Assembly (NCBI GenBank): GCA_964016885.1
Contig: OZ024748.1
Coordinates: 2,604,001 to 2,668,000 of the forward strand
Direction of reading: 5' to 3'
Origin: Eledone cirrhosa
Taxonomy: Eukaryota
Length of the DNA: 64,000 nucleotides
In this document: positions 40,006 through 53,440 of the stretch, one piece after another
How positions within the stretch are numbered: position 1 is the first letter of the stretch
How the letters are laid out: each line of letters opens with the position of its first letter
Made by a program: the position numbers and the translations under genes
Notes under the pieces: generated by a model
Database searches by the model: none
What the model was told of the DNA's origin: nothing
The model's input: the letters and a program-made list of their open reading frames with translations, nothing else

Positions 40006-40895
40006 TTCTTCCGTTTTGTGTTATCTCTTTCTCTTAATTTCGAGTATATTTTTTTTGACCGGCCACCTTCCTGGTGGCAAGGTTGTAAAAGAAAAGAAAT
40101 TGTCATCCCTTGAATCGCAAGAATGTTTTGCAAATTTTGAAGGTGCCAGCTATCGCAGCCATTTGTAGACTATGAATTAGGGAGCTGCGCTTTTTGTCCG
40201 CAAATCCAAGTTCAGTCATACTTTGGTCCAAGCGGGTTGGTATATAACCCGTAGCTCCAATAATGATGGGTATGAAGCTAAAGGTGTATCTTGGATACTG
40301 GATTTGCAAATTCTCATCAATGGTCCGTAGATGTCCTCCTTCTTCTGTATTTTTCTGACAACGTTTACATCAAGTGGGCAGCTGATCTCTACAACAGAAC
40401 ACGTTTTAAATGTGTGGTCCCAAACAACAATATCAGTTCGGTTGTGCTTTAATTTGGTGGCAGTTTTTATTTTCAGGTTCCACCAGTATTCCTTAGTGCC
40501 ATCTGTCTCAATATATTCTTCCTCGTTTGTTGTTTATTTTGTTTTCCGAAGTGCGTTCTAGATGGTTCTAGTTATCTAGTATACCCGGGGAGGTAGTAGC
40601 GAGATGACATTCTTTCGCAGCTGGCAACAATGTGGCTTACATCCTCGATCTTTGTTTTACAGAGCCGACATTTATTGTCAGCTGCTGGCCCTCCTTTTTT
40701 GTGCAGCAGATATTTGGTAGGGAGTTCTTGTTCCTGTATTGCATAGAGATATCCCTCAAGGTGTGATGTCATAAACTTGTCGGAACTCCATGCCAGGCTT
40801 TTTGAGTGGTTTATCCCCTCTATGGTCTGTGTTTTACGTCTCAAGTATCCACAACTTTTTCTGTAAATTGGTCAATTTTTTTATCTTGTTTGAAC
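40006..40895 (-). mobile_element. R4/Dong-type RLE LINE, 5'-truncated and degraded (zinc knuckle + endonuclease + 3' UTR)
   Basis: AIQEQELPTKY...CRLCKTKIEDVSHIVASC (CCHC), then YWWNL..KHNR.DIVVWD...VVEISCP and IPIIIGATG...KICKTF; flanked on both sides by (tatg)n. Confidence 0.85.
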
Positions 40896-40972
40896 ATGTA
40901 TGTATGTATGTATGTATGTATGTATGTATGTATGTATGTATGTATGTATGTATGTATGTATATATATATATG

Positions 40973-41048
<76 letters not shown>

Positions 41049-41616
41049 GTAAACATAAAACAAAGCAAACGACACTGCACAATGAAAATATATAATAGTT
41101 TAACGCTTGTTATACACACAAACACACACACACACACATATATATATACACGCACACACACATATATATATATATAATTTTCTGGCTAGGTATAATTATT
41201 GTTATATATGTATATATATAATTTTCTGGCTCGTTATAATTATATATATATATATATGAAATAGATGGTCTCGTTGTAATAATAGGGGGGTGTATAAACT
41301 CACTGAACGGAGAGAAGATGGCTATCAACACACATATATATTTTTTATCGGCCTAATCTTATAATTTTGAAACTCAGATCAATTTGAGTTCACAACTATG
41401 ATGATTACGAAGGTTCAGCTTTATTGAGTTAGATGTGTTATTATCGTAGGTCCATGTTTCCATGCTTGCATGGTTTGAACTAGGCTTCGAGCTTATCTTT
41501 CGAGTTTTATGGCCGTTCAGCTACATAGAGTAGAATTACCAGAAGCCCTCTACTCCTGGAGAAGATGCCATTCCCTTGAACGGCTAGCTCTCAGCTGTCG
41601 ATATATGGTATTATTG

Positions 41617-41801
41617 TGGATTGGCAGTATCGGTAGAGGGTCGGACGCCATGCTTTCAAGCATAGTTACGTCCCTTTACGATCTGAGTTCAAATCCCGCC
41701 GAGGTTGACTTTGCCTTTCATCCTTACGGGGTCGATAAAATAAAGTACCAGTAATGCACTGGGTAATTGCTGGCCTTGTGCCTAAAGTAGAAACAATTAT
41801 T
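41617..41801 (+). mobile_element. tRNA-derived SINE, family A
   Basis: Near full-length match to the family consensus. Confidence 0.85.
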
Positions 41802-43478
41802 ACATTTTCTACAGACCAAACGGCAGCCATGTAAAATGAAATGCCTTGCTTAAGGACTCAACACATCATCCGTTCTGGGAATCGAACCAATGAACTTATG
41901 ATTGTGAGTCCAACACGCTAAACACTTGGCTACTTTGTTGAATGGGTTTGGGTTAAAATTAAGAGATTTAATTTCCTTGTTAACAATCTCTTATGCAGTA
42001 TTTCATTTTTACATTAATGTCACGAGTATGGCGAGTCCTGTAGAAGAAAACAAAAATAAAAAAAAACAGCATCTTCTTCGCATGGTTACACGACTTTCCA
42101 ATCTGGTTTTCATCTCTATTTGTACCTAAAAACAAAACTACTTCAAATACGCCACCAATGCCCTGTAGAATGGTATGAATGTCACAAATGTTATACCCCA
42201 CCTCCACTGTTTTTTAACTACGCATGTGTAGTTCTGTTTTAAATTATTTTTGTTGTTGGCAGAATCGTTAGAGCGTCGGACAAAATGATTTGCAGCATCT
42301 ATTCCGTCTCTTTACGTTTTGAGTTTCAAATTTCGCTAAGGTTCATCTTTGTTTTTCATCCCTACTGAATCGAGACACAAATAAGGTACCAGTAATTTAA
42401 GGAGGTTGATTATAAGGGGTTCATTCCTATATGACCTTCTTCCTCGACACTAGACACATGCACTCACAAAGTCGTATATTTGTATATATATATTCCAAGA
42501 TGGTCCGTTACATACATATATATACATACATACATACATACACACATACATATATATACATACATACACACGTACATATATATGCATACATACATACACA
42601 TACATATATATGCATAGATACATACACACATACATATATATGCATACATACATACACAAATACATATATATGCATACATACATACACAAATACATATATA
42701 TGCATACATACATACACAAATACATATATATGCATACATACATACACACATACATATATACACACTTACACACATACATATTAAGTTTAGAAGGTGGGCT
42801 GAGTGTTACCTACTGTATGAGCATGTGTGCGTGCGTACATGCATGTATGTATGTATATATGCATGTATATACACATATACATGCATTTAGACATATATAC
42901 ACACACGTACATACATTCATGCGTACATACACACACACACACATATATATATGTACATACATACATAAACACACATATACATACATTCATACGTACATAG
43001 ACATATATACATGCATACATAAATCACCATGGAAACAAATATGGGTCCTGTGGGCCTTGTTTATTACGTAACCTCTCGTGGACCCTATTATAAAGGACCC
43101 TAATACAAAGTAGAGGAAAGGGGACAAAGAGAGAGTAGGGTGGGAGGTGTGTAGGGAGAGAGATAGGTAGACGCAGGGGTAGAAAAGTAATAGCATATAG
43201 AGAGGGGGAGAAGGAGAGAGGGAGAGGGGGTAGAGAGAGGGAGGGAGAGGAAGGGAGAGGGAGGTGGTAGAAACATAGGGAGAAGGTGGGGAGGAGGGAG
43301 GGAGAGATAGAGAAAGAGAGAGTGAATGAGAGGGAGATGATTTAGTAAATATATATACACACACACACATACATATATGTATATATATACATATATATAT
43401 AAATGTATGTATATATATATATGTATGTATTATATGTATATATATATACATATATATATATGTATATATGTATATATG

Positions 43479-43553
<75 letters not shown>

Positions 43554-43587
43554 AAATGTATATATATATGTATGTATGTATTACATG

Positions 43588-43618
<31 letters not shown>

Positions 43619-43621
43619 GTA

Positions 43622-43721
<100 letters not shown>

Positions 43722-43798
43722 CACACACACACTGACCTGACACATATATGTATATACATATACATACTATATATATACGTATGTATATATATATATAC

Positions 43799-43848
<50 letters not shown>

Positions 43849-43910
43849 AAAAAAAATAAACGGAAAACAACACAGCAAACGATACAGTACAGTGAAGATT
43901 ACACAGACAC

Positions 43911-43984
<74 letters not shown>

Positions 43985-44094
43985 AGGGGCTCCCACCAGA
44001 ACCCGGAACATATTGAATGTCAGTTGAACACGCTAGTTGTGTTAATTAATTTGGTGTTATGACATATACAGGTCAATGGTTGTTGTACTGTGTC

Positions 44095-44494
44095 AATGTG
44101 TGTGTTTACCTTTGTGTGTGAGAGTGTGTGTGTGTTTACTTTTGTGTATGTGTGTGGATATGTCTGTCTGTGTGTGTGAGAGTGTGTGTGTTTACCTTTG
44201 TGTGTGTGTGTGGATATGTCTGTGTGTGTGTGTGTTTACCTTTGTGTATGTGTGTGGATATGTCTGTGTGTGTGTGTGGATACGTCTGTGTGTGTGAGAG
44301 TGTGTGTGTTTACCTTTGTGTATGTGTGTGGATATGTCTGTCTGTGTGTGTGTGAGAGTGTGTGTGTTTACCTTTGTGTATGTGTGTGGATATGTCTGTC
44401 TGTGTGTGTGTGTGTTTACCTTTGTGTATGTGTGTGGATATGTCTGTGTGTGTGTGTGTGTTTACCTTTGTGTATGTGTGTGGATACGTCTATC

Positions 44495-44500
<6 letters not shown>
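44095..44500. repeat. About 40-55-bp GT-based minisatellite
   Basis: gtgtgtttacctttgtgtatgtgtgtggatatgtctg repeated about 8 times. Confidence 0.85.
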
Positions 44501-44556
<56 letters not shown>

Positions 44557-44971
44557 AGCGTTACTCTATTCTAAGTATATGTGTATTTACGTTTTTGTGT
44601 GTGTTTGTATATATATATATATGTATGTATGTATATATATATGTATATATGTATATGTATAGAATTGAGTGTTACTCTACTTGAAGTATGTGTGCGTATT
44701 TACGTTTATGTATGGATATGTGCGTGTGTGTATATATGAGTGTTACTCAACTGTGAGTATGTGCATATGTTTGTGTATGTGTCTACGTTTGTGAATGTAT
44801 GTATATGTAGGTTTATGTGTGGATGTGTGTGACTATATATGTATACGTATATATGTGAGTGTTACCTACTGTATGAGCATGTGTGCGTGCGTACATGCAT
44901 GTATGTATGCATGTATGTATATATGCATGTATATACATATATACATGCATATATACATATATATATGTATG

Positions 44972-45460
44972 TTCTTCTGGTTTCAAAATGTTATATTTCC
45001 CAATAGAAATAGAGTCAGTCTCTAACTTAGACACAAGACTCTCTCATTGGAATGTAGACATCAACTAGGTAGATATGTCTGTCTGTCTGTATGTCTGCAT
45101 GTGTAGGTATGGATGTTATTGTATGTGTGGATGTGTATGTTTTGAGTTGTATATGTGCATGTGTATATGCTTTGTATCTGTACATGTGTATATGCAGTTA
45201 TTAGATGCAGAATATTTGGAATGTTTTACATATCTTTACTGTTCCATTAATGGATTGTACTTGTAATTTCCTAACTAGTTGTGTTCTTTCTGTTCCTGTG
45301 AAGCCCAGCTTCTTAAGATTTGTTACTGAGGCAGTTACTAACATATCCCAGTGCCCCAATAATCACAGGTATAAATCTGAAGGTGTAACCAGGGTGGAGT
45401 ATCTGTAGATTTCTCATTAGTTCTACATAGATATTCTCCTTTTCGCTAATCTTTAATATT
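44972..45460 (-). mobile_element. R4/Dong-type RLE LINE 3' end, same family as 19376-19821
   Basis: Reverse complement of the 19.4-kb copy (KENIYVELMRNLQILHPGYTFRFIPVIIGALG); ends gaagaa + cata. Confidence 0.75.
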
Positions 45461-45830
45461 AACAACAACAATAACAGCAATAATATTAGGAAAAATAATT
45501 TATTATTATCATAAAGGAAACAAAAAATGTATTGAATACATACATACACACATACACACATACACACATACACACATAGATACATATTCACAGACACACG
45601 CACATATATGTACTTATATATACACACATATGTATATACATACATACACATATCTATACATATACACAGACACACACATATATATATATGTATACACACA
45701 CACATATATATACATATATATACACACGCACATCACACATATATATATATATATACACACATATATATATATACATACACATATCTATACATATACACAA
45801 ACACACACACATATATATATATATATATAC

Positions 45831-45975
<145 letters not shown>

Positions 45976-46127
45976 TACATATATATATATTTAAAGGTTA
46001 AACAAGGTTCAATGAATAAATCAAAGAATGAGTTTTACAATAGATTGGAAGCACTCAACAGTATTAGTTTTCCGGAGTTATTATTAATTCAAAATATTAA
46101 CAAAATAGATATTCTTGTGATCAAGTA

Positions 46128-46194
46128 TATTTTATTATACATATTTCAGAGGTACTGAGTTAACTTCAACAGTACGTCCTCATCAGATAAAATA
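46128..46194 (-). ncRNA. Type I minimal hammerhead ribozyme (mirror copy)
   Basis: Exact reverse complement of 46294-46360. Confidence 0.7.
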
Positions 46195-46293
46195 AGATGA
46201 TGCATGACATACCCTGACATAGGAGATGGTTAAGATTCGGTCATGGTAGTAATCTTAACCATCTACTATGTCAGGGTATGTCATGCATCATCT

Positions 46294-46360
46294 TATTTTA
46301 TCTGATGAGGACGTACTGTTGAAGTTAACTCAGTACCTCTGAAATATGTATAATAAAATA
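46294..46360 (+). ncRNA. Type I minimal hammerhead ribozyme
   Basis: Stem I TATTTTAT/ATAAAATA; CTGATGA 46302-46308; stem II GGACGTACTG/CAGTACCTCT; GAAA 46341-46344; self-complementary stem III ATATGTAT; predicted AUA cleavage after 46352. Confidence 0.7.
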
Positions 46361-46398
46361 TACTTGATCACAAGAATATCTATTTTGTTAATATTTTG

Positions 46399-46445
<47 letters not shown>

Positions 46446-46447
<2 letters not shown>

Positions 46448-46752
46448 TTTTGAGTTTATGTTGGTTGTATACCAACACCTCAGTATGCAGGCTGGAGCAC
46501 TCGACGAAGTGCGCAGGTTGGTTTGGTTACTCCGGAGTAGTGTAAAATAAAGTTAAATAAAAGTCAAATGATTAAAATTTAGCTTCGTTTATTACTGCTA
46601 TATATATTTCAGTGACAGCCATCTTTGGCTGTGACCTCTTCAGGTAAAAAGGTCACACCTGAAGAGGTCACAGCCAAAGATGGCTGTCACTGAAATATAT
46701 ATAGCAGTAATAAACGAAGCTAAATTTTAATCATTTGACTTTTATTTAACTT

Positions 46753-46759
<7 letters not shown>
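46446..46759. mobile_element. Second fold-back element with outward-facing hammerhead cores
   Basis: Perfect 103-bp arms 46543-46645 / 46657-46759; CTGAAGA-GGTCACAGCCA-aaga-TGGCTGTCACT-GAAATATATATA then AATAAA; tail 46446-46542; (TA)n flanks. Confidence 0.85.
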
Positions 46760-46784
<25 letters not shown>

Positions 46785-47240
46785 GCTAAAAAATGGAATG
46801 AGAATAAGAAGAAGGCAAGAACTGGAGGGGGGGGTCTCGGATATTTCAACGGTTTAAAGACAATATATCTACCCCAGAGCGTTCAATAACTGGGTAAATT
46901 ATTGGGAAACGGAGGAGGGAAGGAAGGAAAATAGAAGGGAAAAGGGGAAAAAAGAAAAGAGAAAACACACATACACACACATACATATATATATATATAC
47001 ACACACACACATATATATACATATACACATATATATACATAGACACACACAGACCCCCCCCCCCCCCCGCCATATATATATGATAACACTCCCAACACCA
47101 ACGACAAAAACCAAATGGCTCCACCATCTTTAATGAAGGTGACATAATTGATTGGGATTCATTTGTTCTGGAGACATTTATTTTACATTTGAGACGACTT
47201 TATAATTAATTCTATGTTAATTTATATGGTTAACACTATG

Positions 47241-47320
47241 GCATCATCATCACCATCATCATCATTACCATCATCATCATTACCATCATCATCATTACCA
47301 TCATCATCATCATTACCATC

Positions 47321-47351
<31 letters not shown>

Positions 47352-47486
47352 CCATCATCATTACCATCATCATCATCACCATCAGCATCATCATCACCAT
47401 CATCATTACCATCATCATCATTACCATCATCATCATCACCATCATCATCATCATCCCCATCATCATCATCATCACCATCATCATCA
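47241..47486. repeat. (CAT/CAC/TAC)n trinucleotide array
   Basis: Direct observation. Confidence 0.95.
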
Positions 47487-47562
47487 ACAGTAACAAAAAA
47501 TACTAAAACGACTATACTGAGTCAAGTTGACTTAGTATTGTAACAGAAAGAATGAATAATAA

Positions 47563-48163
47563 TAATAATTGTTTCTACTATAGGCACAAGGCCAGCAATT
47601 ATCCCAGTGTATTACTGGTACTTTATTTTATCGACTCCGTAAGGATGAAAGGCAAAGTTAACCTTGGCCTGATTTGAACTCAGACCATAAAGGGCCGTAA
47701 CTCTTTGCTGGAAAGCATGGCGTCAAAGGTGTCTACTATAGGCACAAAGTTAGCAATTTTGGGGAGAGGGAAAGTCGATTAAATCGACCCCAGTGCATTA
47801 CTGGTACTTTATTTTATCGACCCCTTAAGGACGAAAGGCAAAGAATTGATCTCAGATCGTAAAGGGCCGTAACTCTATGCTGCAAAGCATGGCGTCCGAC
47901 CCTCTACCGATACTGCCAATCCACCGTCGTTTTAGAATAATAATTTCTAGTATAGGCACAAGGCCAGTAATTTGGGAGCAGGGGAAATGCGATTAAATAG
48001 ACCCTAGTGCATTACTGGTACTTTATTTTATGGACCCCCGTAAGGATGAAAGGCAAAGTTAACCTCGGCAGGATTTGAACTCAGGACGTAAAGAGACCGT
48101 AACCGTAACTCTCTACCACAAAGCATATTATCGGATGCTCTACCGATTCTGCCAATCCACCGC
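47563..48163 (-). mobile_element. Three head-to-tail SINE family A copies
   Basis: Copies at about 47563-47724, 47732-47925 and 47939-48163. Confidence 0.85.
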
Positions 48164-48553
48164 CCTACCCACCAAAATAACATAACGCAATTGAATGAAT
48201 TAGCTTGACACTGGATAACTGGCAAGTAATTTGTATTAAAGCAATGGCGCCGTTTAAAAAAACACAACAACGAAACAAAGAAAGTATCGAAAAAAAAAAA
48301 AAATATCCTTTCCACCATTACACAGAGTAAAGTGTAATGGATGTTTGGCGAGGGCATTTTTTTTTCTCCTTCAATTTCTTCACAATGCATGGCAACCTGT
48401 GCTGCTTGCATCATGGAACGTTGCTTCACTTTTATTGTTGTTCTTATTGTTACTGTCGTTGTTGTTGTTGTTCTTATTGTTGTTGTTATTGTTGTTACTG
48501 TTGTTGTTAATGTTATTGTTGTGTTACTGTTGTTGTTGTTGTTGTTACTGTCC

Positions 48554-48590
<37 letters not shown>

Positions 48591-48990
48591 GTTGCGGCGT
48601 CTTTTGTCGTATTTATTATTACGAATTGGCGATTATTTGAAGGTTTGTGTTTTTTAAAGACCGAGACAAATCGTTTGGAGGAAGAAATACAATAAAATAA
48701 ATAATATAAATAATAAAATAAATAACAAAATTAAATAAACAAAGAAAGAAAGAAAGATAAAAAAGATAGAAAGAAAAATAAAATAAAATAAGATAAAATA
48801 GAATAAAATAAAACAAAATAAGAGAACTATTGCAACATAGATTTGAAGAGATGAATTTGATAGAAAATATAAACAATATGTAAAATATAACGAATTTGGT
48901 ATTAAAACAAAATACAGAAAGAATATATATATATGTATATATATACACACGAAGAATATATATATATGTATATATATATAAACAAGAAGA

Positions 48991-49046
<56 letters not shown>

Positions 49047-49075
49047 GAAGAATATATATATATATACACACAAGA

Positions 49076-49114
<39 letters not shown>

Positions 49115-49156
49115 CACGAAGAATATATATATATATGTATATATATACACACAAGA

Positions 49157-49191
<35 letters not shown>

Positions 49192-49499
49192 CGCACATAC
49201 ATACATACACACACGAAGAATATATATGCATACACACTCGTATACAAACACACACACATTCGTATACCTAATCATACACATAAACGTACACACTTAAAAT
49301 CATACACAGTTATACATAAATATACACACTCAAAAACATACTTAGACGTACACATAAACACGCACTTAAAACATACACAGTCGTACACATAGATATATAT
49401 ACTCAAAAATAATACACACATAATAAAACATACACATTTGTATACATAAACATACACACTCAAAAACATACACAGTTGCATATATATACATACATACAC

Positions 49500-50551
49500 A
49501 GTCGTGCACATAAACATACACATTCGTGCACACACACATACACCGTCATACACATACACCGTCGTACACATACACAGTCGTACACATACACAGTCGTACA
49601 CATATACAGAGGTACACATATACAGTCGTACACATATACAGTCGTACACATACACAGTCGTACGCATACACCGTCGTACACATACACAGTTGTACACATA
49701 CACAGTCGTACACATACACAGTCGTACACATACACAGTCGTACACATACACAGTCGTACACATATACAGAGGTACACATACACAGTCGTACACATACACA
49801 GTCGTACACATACACAGTTGTAAACAGTTGTACACACAGTTGTACACACAGTTGTAAACAGTTTTACACACAGTTGAACACAGTTGTACACACAGTTGTA
49901 AACAGTTGTACACACAGTTGTACACACAGTTGTAAACAGTTGTACACAGTTGTACACAGTTGTACACACAGTTGTACACACAGTTGTACACAGTTGTACA
50001 CACAGTTGTACACACAGTTGTACACAGTTGTACACAGTTGTACACAGTTGTAAACAGTTGTACACACAGTTGTACACAGTTGTACACACAGTTGTACACA
50101 GTTGTACACAGTTGTACACACAGTTGTACACACAGTTGTACACAGTTGTACACTGTTGTAAACAGTTGTACACACAGTTGTACACACAGTTGTAAACAGT
50201 TGTACACAGTTGTACACACAGTTGTAAACAGTTGTACACAGTTGTACACACAGTTGTACACAGTTGTACACACAGTTGTACACAGTTGTACACAGTTGTA
50301 CACAGTTGTACACACAGTTGTACACAGTTGTACACACAGTTGTACACAGTTGTACACTGTTGTAAACAGTTGTACACACAGTTGTACACACAGTTGTAAA
50401 CAGTTGTACACAGTTGTACACACAGTTGTACACAGTTGTACACACAGTTGTACACAGTTGTACACACAGTTGTACACAGTTGTACACAGTTGTACACAGT
50501 TGTACACAGTTGTACACACAGTTGTACACAGTTGTAAACAGTTGTACACAG
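49500..50551. repeat. Minisatellite changing from a 16-bp unit (gtcgtacacatacaca) to a 10/12-bp unit (gttgtacaca[ca])
   Basis: Direct observation; switch at about 49815. Confidence 0.95.
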
Positions 50552-50687
50552 CCTCCCCCTCCCCCACACTGTAGTCTCTCTCTCAAACAGAAGACTATTC
50601 TAGATGTTAGGAGGAGGTCAACCAGAACGACTTTATTCCATGATCATCACAGAAAAAAGGGATCAGTTTGACTGTTATTGTAGCCTT

Positions 50688-51025
50688 GATGGTGGTAATG
50701 ATGATGGTGGTGATGGTGGTGGTAGTGGTAGTGGTGGTGGTGATGGTGGTAGTGGTGGTGGTGATGGTGGTAGTGGTGGTGGTGATGGTGGTGGTGGTGG
50801 TAGTGGTGGGGGTGATGGTGGTGGTAGTGGTGGTGGTGGTGGTGATGTTGGTAGTGGTGGTGGTAATGGTGATGGTGGTGGTGGTGGTAGTGGTGGTGGT
50901 AATGGTGGTAGTGGTGGTGGTGATGGTGGTGGTGGTGGTAGTGGTGGTGGTGATGGTGGTGGTGGTAGTGGTGGTAGTGGTGGTGGTAGTGGTGGTAGTG
51001 GTGGTGGTGATGGTGGTAGTGGTGG
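50688..51025. repeat. (GGT)n-rich array
   Basis: Direct observation. Confidence 0.95.
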
Positions 51026-51119
51026 ACTTTGATTTCGTACATGACCAAATGCGATGCCAACAGTAACTTTACGTTATAACCCCTAAACTTTACACACACA
51101 CACAAACACACACACACAC

Positions 51120-51165
<46 letters not shown>

Positions 51166-51178
51166 TCACACACACACA

Positions 51179-51273
<95 letters not shown>

Positions 51274-51369
51274 GCACACATATATAGCTTGGGATATATA
51301 TATATATGAAGAAAATGAAATTTTATTTTTCATGAAAAAAAAAAACGAGATGTCCTACACGAGTAAAAG

Positions 51370-51476
51370 TATAAGGAAAAGAAATCGAAATTGCAACTGG
51401 AGTCTTTTTAAGAATATTTGTAAATAAATATTCTTAAAAAAAGACTCCAGTTCTATTTTCGATTTCTTTTCCTTAT
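51370..51476. repeat. Imperfect inverted repeat (about 50-bp arms) adjoining (TA)n
   Basis: tataaggaaaagaaatcgaaa...actggagtctttttaagaatattt / aaatattcttaaaaaaagactccagt...ttcgatttcttttccttata. Confidence 0.8.
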
Positions 51477-52343
51477 ATATATATATAGCTTATATATATA
51501 TATATATGAAAAAGTATGACCCCGACGGCAGAGCTCAAGCCGTTTCGACGGCTATTTCTGGACTCTACTAGCCTAAGTATTGAGTACTCTGGTGCGTTAT
51601 GGTCCATCTGGTTCCTTACCACAATTTATTTGTTATATATATATATATATATATATAGTAATAATAATAAATTTGAAGATTAAAATCCAAAGAGGGCTCG
51701 ATAAGGATAAATATATATCAAATATATAAGAACCGTAGAGCAAATATTTATTAAAATGACAGATTTATAATAATATTATTAATTATATATTATTAATATT
51801 TATTAAAATAACAGATTAAAGTTTAAGCAAAGAATCGCTGCCTCCACCCTTAACGGGATCTTCTGAAACTAACAAAGTCAATCTGGTCGGTCAAGGTGAT
51901 ATATATATACCCTAAGCTTTAAAGAATATGCTTGTACATGTGGATTTTTAAATTTCGACTGGTTGAATGTGCAACCTGTCTATGGGTTACCCTGATATTC
52001 CATGGGTTACCAAGATATTCCACACAAAACTTAAGCTAAATTATAATTTACTCTGCTTAAATTAGTAAAATTATTTCTCTTTTCGAATGAAATATTTTTT
52101 GGATATTTTTCTGAAAATGTTACAATCCAGAATTCCTGTTATTTGGGTGTGAGTCATGTGACCTGTGTTAATACCTGAAACTATAACATCCCAGCGCCAC
52201 CTGGAATTCGGATATTATTTCATTACAGATCAACAGTGTCCGTTTGACCAATCCAGCCATCGTGAAACTCTCCGAATAGCTACAATGTATACTAACTCTA
52301 TATGAATATATATATATATATATATATATACATACATATATAT

Positions 52344-52377
<34 letters not shown>

Positions 52378-52411
52378 TGTGTGCTTGTGTTTATATTGTG
52401 TGTGCGCGTAT

Positions 52412-52535
<124 letters not shown>

Positions 52536-52558
52536 GTATACATATATATGTATACATA

Positions 52559-52648
<90 letters not shown>

Positions 52649-52889
52649 CTCAAAATTAATCCTTTTTATTACAGCTGTTTCATATTTCCTTATTAGTTCT
52701 TTATGTTTGGTCTGGAACAATGGCGTTCCTAAATCCATAGCTTTATTAACGTTTCCAGTTCTTCACGGCCCCATAAAAAAAGATCAAACTTCAGCACTGC
52801 GATGTTTTCAATATATGTTTGAAAGAAAACCCGTTCCCTATTATATATATATATACACATCCCATATATATATATACCTATGTATACTG

Positions 52890-52928
<39 letters not shown>

Positions 52929-52967
52929 ATGTATGTATATATATAACATATATATATGTATATATAA

Positions 52968-53015
<48 letters not shown>

Positions 53016-53440
53016 TATAGTCTTTTTTCTACATGTATTAATCACAATGATTTCGGTATCTTTCGACCCATTTTTTTTTCTACCAGCGATGTCAAATTTC
53101 CTTGATATTGCTAGGAAATAAATGGTAAAGCCTTGTGCTTCACCATCAAGTGAAAGAGTGAATAGTAAATCACTCAGTTGGAATTCGAGACATACGAAGT
53201 TCGATTCCCTGTAACGGCGACTGTCCACATCTTTTCCCGACTATAGGGGTATTTTCCAAATCGTGTATTTTACAAATCGCGATCGACTGTTGTAACAGTT
53301 ATTTTCCGCGAAAATATATTCATATACATATACATATACACACACATATACACACAAATATATGTATGTTTGTATGTATGTATGTATGTATGTATGTATG
53401 TATGTATGTATGTATGTATGTATGTATGTATCTATATTAT

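Larger units (their letters stand above)
45992..46403. mobile_element. Fold-back element with two outward-facing hammerhead ribozymes (PLE-like termini)
   Basis: 153-bp arms 46085-46237 / 46251-46403 with 1 mismatch and a 13-bp spacer; extra tail 45992-46084; (TA)n on both sides. Confidence 0.85.

Noticed and set aside
49272-50586. Cys-rich 431/369-aa ORFs resembling keratin-associated or metallothionein proteins
   Set aside because: Artefact of a 10/12/16-bp minisatellite; the same peptide appears in all frames
52190-52206. CTCF-like motif ccagcgccacctgg
   Set aside because: A single short motif match cannot be supported without binding data
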